Assembly (NCBI GenBank): GCA_016927655.1
Contig: JAFGMG010000010.1
Location: 16,180-80,179, forward strand
DNA: 64,000 bases
DNA from: Candidatus Dojkabacteria bacterium
GTDB taxonomy: Bacteria > Patescibacteriota > Dojkabacteria > B142 > JAFGMG01
Reading direction: 5' to 3'
The position numbers were made by a program, and so were the translations under genes. Below the pieces are notes generated by a model, which saw nothing but the letters and a program-made list of their open reading frames with translations, was not told the origin of the DNA and ran no database searches. Shown in pieces: positions 1-7,386 of this stretch (within the stretch, counting starts at the first letter, position 1; every line of letters begins with the position of its first letter).

Positions 1-871
1 CTCTATATCCATTTTCCGCCATCCTTTCGCCGATTTTGCTTACCTGAGTATAAAGCTGATTATAAGTCTGCTCACTAAATCCCTCTCTATAATTGAAATC
101 ATTACCCACAGTCCCGCCCTCAAAATTAGTAAGCCCCTTTTCTCCAGTAATTTGATAGCTCAATCCAGCAATATATACATTCCCCATATAAATACAGGTA
201 TTTACTGTATATGCTTTTCCATTTACAAATTCAGCAATGCGAACAATACGCTCTGGGAATTCAGCTTGGATATTATTAAAATCATCCTCTCTGTGCAGAA
301 ATAATGTTCCCTGGCCAGTATGTCCTCTGTTAAATTGCAGTACAAGCTTTTCACCAATCTGTTTCTTAAGGCTTTTGTATTTCAAATCGGCTAGTCTGCC
401 GATAATAGTTTTTGGAAATTGAATTCCATCATTATTTAATGCCTTATATTGCGAAATTTTTTCCTCAAAAAGCCTGTTTAAATCAGAGTTTGTATTTAAT
501 AGCTTACCATCAAAAATTTCGCCCTCAATCAGTTTTTCAAATCTAGAGCTTATTTTAAATGTCTGGAAATAATTCAGAGCCTTTTTATTCTTCTCAATAT
601 ATTTTCTTGTATCTTCCTCTAGCAATAGCTTAGAAGAGTTCCTGTATAGAGAGTTTAGTTCCCCTGTCTGTTCTTCAAGTGAGAAATATTTAATGCCAGC
701 AGTTTTTAGACCTTCCAGCAGATTTGAATCGTCTACACAAATGATGTGATAAGAGTCTACCAGCCCTTCCAAACCTAAAGCCCTTTCAGGATCATTTGAA
801 ATATAGAACAATGAACTGTCTTTCAGTTTAAGATTGATTTGCTTTAGAAGAAACTCAATATTTGAGCTCAT
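1..871 (-). CDS. ATP-grasp family ligase (RimK/LysX-like); N-terminal ~290 aa, C-terminus off left edge
   Basis: Hand translation of the minus strand from ATG at 871 (MSSNIEFLLKQ...) reads open to position 1. Motifs KLVLQFNRGHTGQGTLF (Lys plus Gly-rich ATP loop) and IAEFVNGKAYTVNTCIY fit ATP-grasp. It is absent from the ORF track, presumably because no stop lies in the window. Confidence 0.5.
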   Translation of the reverse strand, partial: MSSNIEFLLKQINLKLKDSSLFYISNDPERALGLEGLVDSYHIICVDDSNLLEGLKTAGIKYFSLEEQTGELNSLYRNSSKLLLEEDTRKYIEKNKKALNYFQTFKISSRFEKLIEGEIFDGKLLNTNSDLNRLFEEKISQYKALNNDGIQFPKTIIGRLADLKYKSLKKQIGEKLVLQFNRGHTGQGTLFLHREDDFNNIQAEFPERIVRIAEFVNGKAYTVNTCIYMGNVYIAGLSYQITGEKGLTNFEGGTVGNDFNYREGFSEQTYNQLYTQVSKIGERMAENGYR

Positions 872-889
872 TAAAATTTTTCTTTGAAA

Positions 890-1075
890 TTATTTTTCTT
901 CCTCAATTACTTTTAGGACTTTGCCTTCTTCGCTATCTTCTGTGTACTCATATTCTATGCCGCAAAAACTGCACTCAATAACGTCTCCAAGAGCTAGTGA
1001 GTCATCAATTTCTACCTCGTTCTTGCATTCCAGGCAGACAAATGTTTTTCCGTTTGTGGTTATGGTTTCATCCAT
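890..1075 (-). CDS. LysW-like zinc-ribbon amino-group carrier protein with acidic C-terminal tail
   Basis: 61 aa. CLEC-x17-CSFC zinc ribbon with an LGDVIEC motif matching LysW (CPEC-x17-CEDC, LGELVVC), then acidic tail YEYTEDSEEGKVLKVIEEEK. An 18 nt spacer separates it from the ATP-grasp gene on the same strand. Confidence 0.5.
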   Translation of the reverse strand: MDETITTNGKTFVCLECKNEVEIDDSLALGDVIECSFCGIEYEYTEDSEEGKVLKVIEEEK

Positions 1076-1115
1076 TGTTTTGATTTAACAAGTTATTTGA
1101 TATGATATCAAAATA

Positions 1116-2081
1116 ATGAATATCTGGAAATACGACAAAATAAACAAATTAATTCCGATAGAGGATCAACTGACAATTGATGAGGGCGGGACATCACTTG
1201 AGAAGATCTATTTAAATTCAAAGGAACTTGAACTTTTTGGAATAAGGGAGGCAGATACCCAGAGGGTATATCTAAAACTTGAGACACAGAATCCTAATGG
1301 ATCTTTCAAGGACCGCTCTCTTGCTTATCAAATCTCTTTTTATAAAAGTATTGGGACAAAAAAGCTTTTAATCAGTTCTTCTGGAAATGCGGCGATTTCT
1401 GCAGCTAGTTACGCAGGTCTTGCCAAAGATCTTCAGCTGGCGGTATTTATGTCGGTAGGTGCAAATCCCGAGAAAATTAAGAAACTAAACGAACTAATAT
1501 CCAAATTTTCTAATGTAGCAGTTAATTATTCAAAAAAGCCAAAGTCTGAAGCTGTAAAGTTCTCGAATTTCGGGAGTTATTTAAACCTGCGAGGCTCTCT
1601 AGATAAAAATGCCGTTATTGGCTTTAAAACAATCAGCTATGAGCTTGCTGATCAAATTCCTGGAGCTGACGCAATATTTATACCTTGCAGCTCAGGGACA
1701 AGCACTGTAGGTATTTATGAGGGCTATAGGGATCTAGAACAGAAATCACCTCAGATTCATATTGCGCAAACTTCAAAGGTCTGTCCTATTGCAAAGGAAT
1801 ATGACGTAATATACAAACCTGCAGAATCAAGCCTTGCTGATGCTATTGTTGATAGAGTTGCTCACAGGAAAAAAGAAATTATTGGAATAATTGATGAGAC
1901 AAAGGGTTTTGGCTGGATCATAGATGATGATTTACTTGAAAAATCAGTAAAATTCCTGCAGGAAAAGACTGGATTTGAAAATCTGACATACAATGGTGTT
2001 CTTTCATTTGCTTCCTGGATCAAGGCCATGAAGCAGAAGAGAAGATTTGAAAAGCCTGTTTGTGTTATTTCCGGAATCTAA
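1116..2081 (+). CDS. PLP-dependent enzyme, fold type II (cysteine synthase/threonine synthase/threonine dehydratase family)
   Basis: SFKDRS PLP-lysine motif, SSGNAA asparagine loop, SSGTSTVG glycine loop; 321 aa. Confidence 0.6.
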   Translation: MNIWKYDKINKLIPIEDQLTIDEGGTSLEKIYLNSKELELFGIREADTQRVYLKLETQNPNGSFKDRSLAYQISFYKSIGTKKLLISSSGNAAISAASYAGLAKDLQLAVFMSVGANPEKIKKLNELISKFSNVAVNYSKKPKSEAVKFSNFGSYLNLRGSLDKNAVIGFKTISYELADQIPGADAIFIPCSSGTSTVGIYEGYRDLEQKSPQIHIAQTSKVCPIAKEYDVIYKPAESSLADAIVDRVAHRKKEIIGIIDETKGFGWIIDDDLLEKSVKFLQEKTGFENLTYNGVLSFASWIKAMKQKRRFEKPVCVISGI

Positions 2082-2386
2082 ATATCTAATAATTGAATTC
2101 CTTTGTTTTGAGTATAACTTCCCGATATTACAATCTGTCTGTAAAAAATGTAACTATGTCGAAACCCTCTGACGTACTAAGTGTCACATTTAAAGTATTT
2201 GTAAAATTATTAAAATACTTTTATTGATTTATAAGGGTTTTCAAGATTAATTTGAAATTTTTTATGTTAAAACTTATCAAAATGACAGAAAGTACGTCAT
2301 GGTGTTTCAGAAGGTGTAATATCCTCATCAAGGACATTAATCTTTACATGGCAATTTTTTCACAAAAATAGTAAACTCATATAAAT

Positions 2387-2462
2387 GCGAACGTAGTTCA
2401 GTTGGTAGAACGCTTCCTTCCCAAGGAAGAGGTCACGAGTTCGAATCTCGCCGTTCGCTCCA
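2387..2462 (+). tRNA. tRNA-Gly (anticodon CCC)
   Basis: Cloverleaf parsed by hand: acceptor gcgaacg/cgttcgc, anticodon stem cttcc/ggaag, loop ttCCCaa, T-loop ttcgaat, encoded CCA. Confidence 0.8.
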
Positions 2463-2524
2463 TGATATTGTTTTGAATCTATTGATACAAAATAATTCTG
2501 TTAATTCAACAAAGATAGTGCAAA

Positions 2525-3085
2525 GTGATAGATTACCTAAGCATCATTCACAAATACATAAAACCAAACACAAAGCTTTACCGGAACTATATCATTCATG
2601 TCACACTTGTGACGAATAAAGCATTATCAATCGCACGTCGACTAAAACTTACTCAGAAGCAATTAGAATTTATAGAAGAAGCTGGGATGCTTCATGATAT
2701 TGGAATTTGCAAAGTCAATGCTCCTGAGATGGGGGCAAACGGGAGTCTTCCGTATCTTACACATTTAACTGAAGGACAGAAAATCCTAGAAAGGGAAGGT
2801 CTGGCAAAACATGCAAAAGTCGCACATAATCATATTGGTGTCGGACTTACAAAAGAAGAAATTACTAATCGGAATTTACCATTGCCTGTCAAGGATATCT
2901 CGCCCATGAGCATAGAAGAGAAAATAATCAGCTATGCAGATTTATTCTTTTCAAAGCGACCGAAATCTTTCTGGATAGAGAAAACTGAAGATGAAGTAAT
3001 TACAGAACTGGAACAATACGGTGAGGAGGATCTAAAGACATTTAGAAAATGGTCTGATGAACTTAGCGGAAATGATAGCCTCTAG
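2525..3085 (+). CDS. HD-domain (HDIG) phosphohydrolase
   Basis: MLHDIGI...HNHIG...YADLF motifs; GTG start. Confidence 0.6.
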   Translation: MIDYLSIIHKYIKPNTKLYRNYIIHVTLVTNKALSIARRLKLTQKQLEFIEEAGMLHDIGICKVNAPEMGANGSLPYLTHLTEGQKILEREGLAKHAKVAHNHIGVGLTKEEITNRNLPLPVKDISPMSIEEKIISYADLFFSKRPKSFWIEKTEDEVITELEQYGEEDLKTFRKWSDELSGNDSL

Positions 3086-3174
3086 AAAGTCCCTAAATAA
3101 ATATCCACTAAGGAATGTTACTTTTGTGATATACTACAGGCTAGAATGTTACGATTCTTAATTTACATAAAATA

Positions 3175-3250
3175 GCTGGGGTAGCTCAGTTGGCAGAGCA
3201 TTCCCTTCGTAAGGGAGAGGTCGCGAGTTCGACTCTCGCCCCCAGCTCCA
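3175..3250 (+). tRNA. tRNA-Thr (anticodon CGT)
   Basis: Acceptor gctgggg/ccccagc, D-arm gctcagttggcagagc, anticodon loop ttCGTaa, T-arm gcgagttcgactctcgc, CCA encoded. Confidence 0.8.
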
Positions 3251-3292
3251 ATTATTTTACGTTAATTTTCAGTTAAAATTATTGTATTCATT

Positions 3293-4369
3293 ATGTACGA
3301 AGCAAATTACAATATATCAAACAATATTTTAAACAGCATTGTAAAACTTGAGGTGCAGAAGAAATCCATCGAGACTGCAGCAATCGGAACAAAGCTCAGA
3401 AATCAGCTCCAAAGGCGGGCTAAAGCTTTAAATCTTTTCCATTTTGCACACATAATCGGCATAAATATCACCCTGAAGGATGCGGAGCGCCTCGCAGACG
3501 GCAAAAAACTCGTAACAGATGATGCCAGAGGAACAATTCTTAATAACTTTAGAAACGTCCTTGAATTTACCAGATCAAATGTCGCGGAGACTTATGTCGA
3601 TATTGACATAAATATCCTTATGCATTTAAACAAAATACTTCTTACTGATTGGAAGGAGTCATGGGATTCAAAATTTAGAACAGGCGGGGAAGAAGTTGAT
3701 CTAAGTTTAGAAAACTGGGCAACACTGAGAGACAAATCCATCCAGCCAGAGAGAATACAAAACGAGGTCGCTGAGCTTGTTGAATGGTACAAATCAAACA
3801 TTTCTAGAGTACACAGCCTTATCCGCGTATCAATTTTTATCTCTAGATTGATCGAAATAAGTCCATTCGTATATGCAAACAAACTTACAATCATTGCAAT
3901 TGCCGATTTTCTTCTTTACAAAAATAACTATGTCGCAAATACATTTTTGCCGACTAGTAGAAATTTCGATGTTTACGAAGATGAATATCTTGAAAGCTGG
4001 AATCAGAAACGGGCAATGGATAAATCAGAATTGACCGAATCCGAGATTGGAGTAGATCTGACACTCTGGATAGAACGTTTCACTAGAAATCTATCTAACG
4101 ATATGCTGGAAACCAGAGATGAAATTAAAAGGGAATTAAAGGAAGAAGAGAGTACAAGCAGGAAGCCTTTTCTTGATTTAAATAAGAGACAGCTAAAAAT
4201 CCTGAGATATCTTCAGACAATCCCAACAGTAAAAAGAGAAGATTATGTGCAAATGATGGATGTCAGTACAATGACAGCATTTAGAGACCTCGATGGCCTT
4301 CTCAAGAAAAGGCTTCTAAAAGTACACGGCAAAGGCAGGGGTACGAAATACATGCTTACCAATAGATAA
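3293..4369 (+). CDS. Fic/Fido-fold protein with degenerate active-site motif and C-terminal winged-helix domain
   Basis: SPFVYANKLTIIAIADFLL aligns to the Fic signature HPFxDGNGRxxR, but H, D, G and R are replaced. The C-terminus KRQLKILRYLQTIPTVKREDYVQMMDVSTMTAFRDLDGLLKKRLL...GRGTKY is wHTH-like. Confidence 0.45.
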   Translation: MYEANYNISNNILNSIVKLEVQKKSIETAAIGTKLRNQLQRRAKALNLFHFAHIIGINITLKDAERLADGKKLVTDDARGTILNNFRNVLEFTRSNVAETYVDIDINILMHLNKILLTDWKESWDSKFRTGGEEVDLSLENWATLRDKSIQPERIQNEVAELVEWYKSNISRVHSLIRVSIFISRLIEISPFVYANKLTIIAIADFLLYKNNYVANTFLPTSRNFDVYEDEYLESWNQKRAMDKSELTESEIGVDLTLWIERFTRNLSNDMLETRDEIKRELKEEESTSRKPFLDLNKRQLKILRYLQTIPTVKREDYVQMMDVSTMTAFRDLDGLLKKRLLKVHGKGRGTKYMLTNR

Positions 4370-4371
4370 TT

Positions 4372-5925
4372 TTAAAGCAGTTTCCGTATAGCCTCGACGG
4401 TTTTTTTGTTGCGGACTACTGTTTGCAGGTCTTCAGATTTGGCTTTTTTAATTTTTTCCATGCTGCCAAAGGCCTTTATCAAACGTTTTTCGGTCAATGC
4501 TCCTACCCCCGGTATATCACTCAGTGACGATCTTATACTATTTTCCTCTCTAAGTTTTCTATGATATCCAATTGCAAACCTGTGCGCCTCATCCCTTATT
4601 CTCTGCAAAAGATATAGTGCTTTTGATCTTTTTGGTAGAGTTGTTTTTGAAAAGGAATTATATAATTCACCTTGTTGATCCTTTCCCTCGAGTATTTTAA
4701 ACAATTCTTCTTCCCGCTTTGCAAGTCCAAGAATTTGAATTTTCTTTTCAAGGCCGAACTTCTTCAAAATCTCGTATGAGCTGGAAAGCTGACCTTTCCC
4801 TCCATCAATTATTATTAAATCTGGCAGAGGAAGAAATTTCTGGTCTTTTTTCTTTGCACGATTTAACCTTCTGATGAGAGTTTCCTGCATCATAAAAAAG
4901 TCATCAGGCGTTTCCTTTGATTTTATTTTAAATTTTCTATATTTTGATTTGTCGGATTTCCCATTCACAAATAAAACCATTGATCCAACCGCCTGCTTTC
5001 CCTGGATATTTGAAATATCGTAGCACTCAATTCTAAAATCTTTGCTTATTTTAGTCTTTTTACCGAAAACTCTCCTGATAAGCTCTGCTTCAGTTTGCTT
5101 GAGATAATCTGTCGCGCATTCCTGCAAATCAAATTCATCTGTTCTAGATTGAACCTTGATCCTTTGTGTGACGTAAACAAGATTTTGAAGCTTGTTTCTT
5201 AGTTCGGCAGCCTTTTCGAAATTTTTTGCTTTTGCAGCGCGTTTCATTTCCAGCTCAAGATCTTCGTAAATTTCACGTTTTTCACCTCTGAAAAATTTTC
5301 TAATGTGCGATATATTTCTTTTGTGTTCAGTTTTACTTATCAGTCCCGCGCAGACTCCGCTGCAAAAACCGGTATAGTAGTCTAAACAAGGTCTCTCCTG
5401 CGCTCCAATAACTTTGACAGTCTGCTTCGCTCCAATATCAGTCTTGATATGCTTTATCTTAAAATTTGTATTGCAATATGGGAAAAGCTGCCGTAATTCA
5501 TGAAGAACTTGTTTGGCGGGAAAACTCTGAGGGAATGGGCCGAAATATTCGGCTGATTTTATACGCTTCTCTCTTACTATCTCCGGTCTTGGAAAATCAG
5601 CCTTTTTGTCAAACATCACCCAGATATAGCTTTTATCATCCTTCATCAACTTGTTGTATTTCGGCTTGTATTTTTTGATGAGGCTTGTTTCCAGTATCAG
5701 GGATTCTGTCTCTGAATCTACAAGAAGAATTTCAAGCTCAACAGCCTTCTTAAGCATACTCTTGATTTTCGGTCTCTCATCACTATTTTTCGCAAAATAT
5801 GAATTTACCCTGGCTTTGAGATTTATTGCTTTGCCAATATAGAGAATTTTCCCTTGTGTATCTTTATAAATATAGCATCCTGGCTGATTTGGTAGGTTTT
5901 GTAGATTTGTTTTTGTAATCCTCAT
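4372..5925 (-). CDS. uvrC: excinuclease ABC subunit C
   Basis: GIY-YIG (PGCYIYKD...GKILYIGKA), UvrBC-interaction region, C-terminal HhH (LSDIPGVGALTEKRLIKAFGS). The ORF in the track extends to 6012, but the ATG at 5925 (MRITKTNLQNLPNQPGCY) gives the usual ~14 aa before the GIY-YIG motif. Confidence 0.85.
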   Translation of the reverse strand: MRITKTNLQNLPNQPGCYIYKDTQGKILYIGKAINLKARVNSYFAKNSDERPKIKSMLKKAVELEILLVDSETESLILETSLIKKYKPKYNKLMKDDKSYIWVMFDKKADFPRPEIVREKRIKSAEYFGPFPQSFPAKQVLHELRQLFPYCNTNFKIKHIKTDIGAKQTVKVIGAQERPCLDYYTGFCSGVCAGLISKTEHKRNISHIRKFFRGEKREIYEDLELEMKRAAKAKNFEKAAELRNKLQNLVYVTQRIKVQSRTDEFDLQECATDYLKQTEAELIRRVFGKKTKISKDFRIECYDISNIQGKQAVGSMVLFVNGKSDKSKYRKFKIKSKETPDDFFMMQETLIRRLNRAKKKDQKFLPLPDLIIIDGGKGQLSSSYEILKKFGLEKKIQILGLAKREEELFKILEGKDQQGELYNSFSKTTLPKRSKALYLLQRIRDEAHRFAIGYHRKLREENSIRSSLSDIPGVGALTEKRLIKAFGSMEKIKKAKSEDLQTVVRNKKTVEAIRKLL

Positions 5926-5932
5926 GAGGCTA

Positions 5933-6208
5933 TTATACCTCAGTTTCAAGAGCTCTTCTGTAGTTTTTTGTCTCGTTTTCGTAAATATAAATTCTTCCGC
6001 AGACACATTCAACGCGAACAGTGCCGTTTGGTCTTGGATCTCTATTTGTAAGAGAGTCTAGTTTCCTAGTACATGCTGGACAATAGTTCTTCTGAAGAAG
6101 AACGTCCTGCATTGGACTTATTAATTTTTTAAGTAGGTTTTTAGCCACGAAAATTCCTGTAATTAATTTAATGTTATCACGTTTGACACAGACGTGGAAG
6201 TATAGCAC
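5933..6208 (-). CDS. small zinc-ribbon protein (hypothetical) upstream of uvrC
   Basis: CPAC-x20-CVCG ribbon; stop TAG lies 4 nt before the inferred uvrC start. Alternatively part of this frame is the uvrC leader; the true start is uncertain (possibly MQDVLL...). Confidence 0.3.
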   Translation of the reverse strand: MLYFHVCVKRDNIKLITGIFVAKNLLKKLISPMQDVLLQKNYCPACTRKLDSLTNRDPRPNGTVRVECVCGRIYIYENETKNYRRALETEV

Positions 6209-6233
6209 AATAAACTATCTAATTTGGAAATAA

Positions 6234-7376
6234 ATGAGACTTGATGACATTTTGGCTTTTTCAGTTCTAAATCTGCTTATCAGTTTCCTGATTGCTTTCC
6301 CAATTATTACACTTCTTTATAGATTCGGTATTGTGCGTCAAATTGACGTCGATTTTTCTACTTTGATTGAAAAAAGAAAATTAAAGGTCGGAACGCCGAT
6401 TATGGGAGGGTTGATAATTATAATTGCTGTTGCTCTGACTAATCTTGCTTTTAACTGGAATGGAAGTACAAAAATTCCGCTTCTTGTATTTTTAATATCT
6501 GCAGCACTAGGAGCTTTTGATGATGTTCTAAATATTTATGGAAAGGAAAGAAGGGTGAAAACTCTTGATCGCATATGGAAGCTGATAAAAGTCCATAGAA
6601 ATAAATTAACTAGAATAAAGTATTTTCTACTGCTTCCCTGGTACGCGTATAAAAGACTGTTTTTTATTCTTGGATCTAATCCTGGTAAAGGAATCCAGGC
6701 TCATGAAAAAGTTATTATCCAATTGGTTGCCGGAGTCCTGTTGGGATGGTGGGTTTACTTTCGAACTGGCTGGGATATGCCTGGTCAATTAGACTTTTTC
6801 CAACTGGGGACTCTTGACATTGGATATTTAATAATTCCTTTCGCTGCACTTGTCGTGGTTGCCATGGCGAATGCTGTAAATCTTTCTGATGGAATGGACG
6901 GACTAGCCGCAGGTCTTCTTTTCCCTGCATTTGGGGCTCTTTTTGTAATTGCATTTCATCAGGAAGTAATGCTTAAACTTGTAAGCCGGGAGGGAATTGA
7001 TATGATTCCAATGACTTTGCTTTCTGTCTCTGTTATGGCTTCATTGATTAGTTATTTATACTTCAATATTCCACCAGCAAGGTTTCAAATGGGAGATGTC
7101 GGCTCTCTTGCTCTTGGGACACTTTTTGCTGCGATTGCATTTGCTCTTCAAGTGCCGATGCTCCTTCCTATTATTGGCTTTCCCTTTGTTGCTGAGATCG
7201 GGGCCTCCCTTATTCAAGGGCTGGCAAGAAGAGTAATAGGCAGAAGAGTATTCAAAATGGCTCCGCTTCATCATCATTTTGAGCTATTGGGCTGGAGCGA
7301 GGAAAAAGTCACAATGAGATTTTGGTTAGCAGGTATCGTCTGCGCTATGTTTGGGTTGTTTGTGTATTTTGTGTGA
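6234..7376 (+). CDS. mraY: phospho-N-acetylmuramoyl-pentapeptide transferase
   Basis: NAVNLSDGMDGLAAG, MGDVGSLALG and C-terminal APLHHHFELLGWSE signatures of MraY; multi-TM. Confidence 0.8.
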   Translation: MRLDDILAFSVLNLLISFLIAFPIITLLYRFGIVRQIDVDFSTLIEKRKLKVGTPIMGGLIIIIAVALTNLAFNWNGSTKIPLLVFLISAALGAFDDVLNIYGKERRVKTLDRIWKLIKVHRNKLTRIKYFLLLPWYAYKRLFFILGSNPGKGIQAHEKVIIQLVAGVLLGWWVYFRTGWDMPGQLDFFQLGTLDIGYLIIPFAALVVVAMANAVNLSDGMDGLAAGLLFPAFGALFVIAFHQEVMLKLVSREGIDMIPMTLLSVSVMASLISYLYFNIPPARFQMGDVGSLALGTLFAAIAFALQVPMLLPIIGFPFVAEIGASLIQGLARRVIGRRVFKMAPLHHHFELLGWSEEKVTMRFWLAGIVCAMFGLFVYFV

Positions 7377-7386
7377 TAATGTCTAC

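Noticed and set aside
3592-3894. Antisense/shadow ORFs inside confident genes (e.g. 3592-3894, 5466-5842, 9772-10156, 14064-14531, 29470-29769, 37036-37350, 43040-43502, 56201-56665, 57559-58074)
   Set aside because: Each lies wholly within a longer, motif-supported gene on the opposite strand or in another frame; treated as shadow ORFs.
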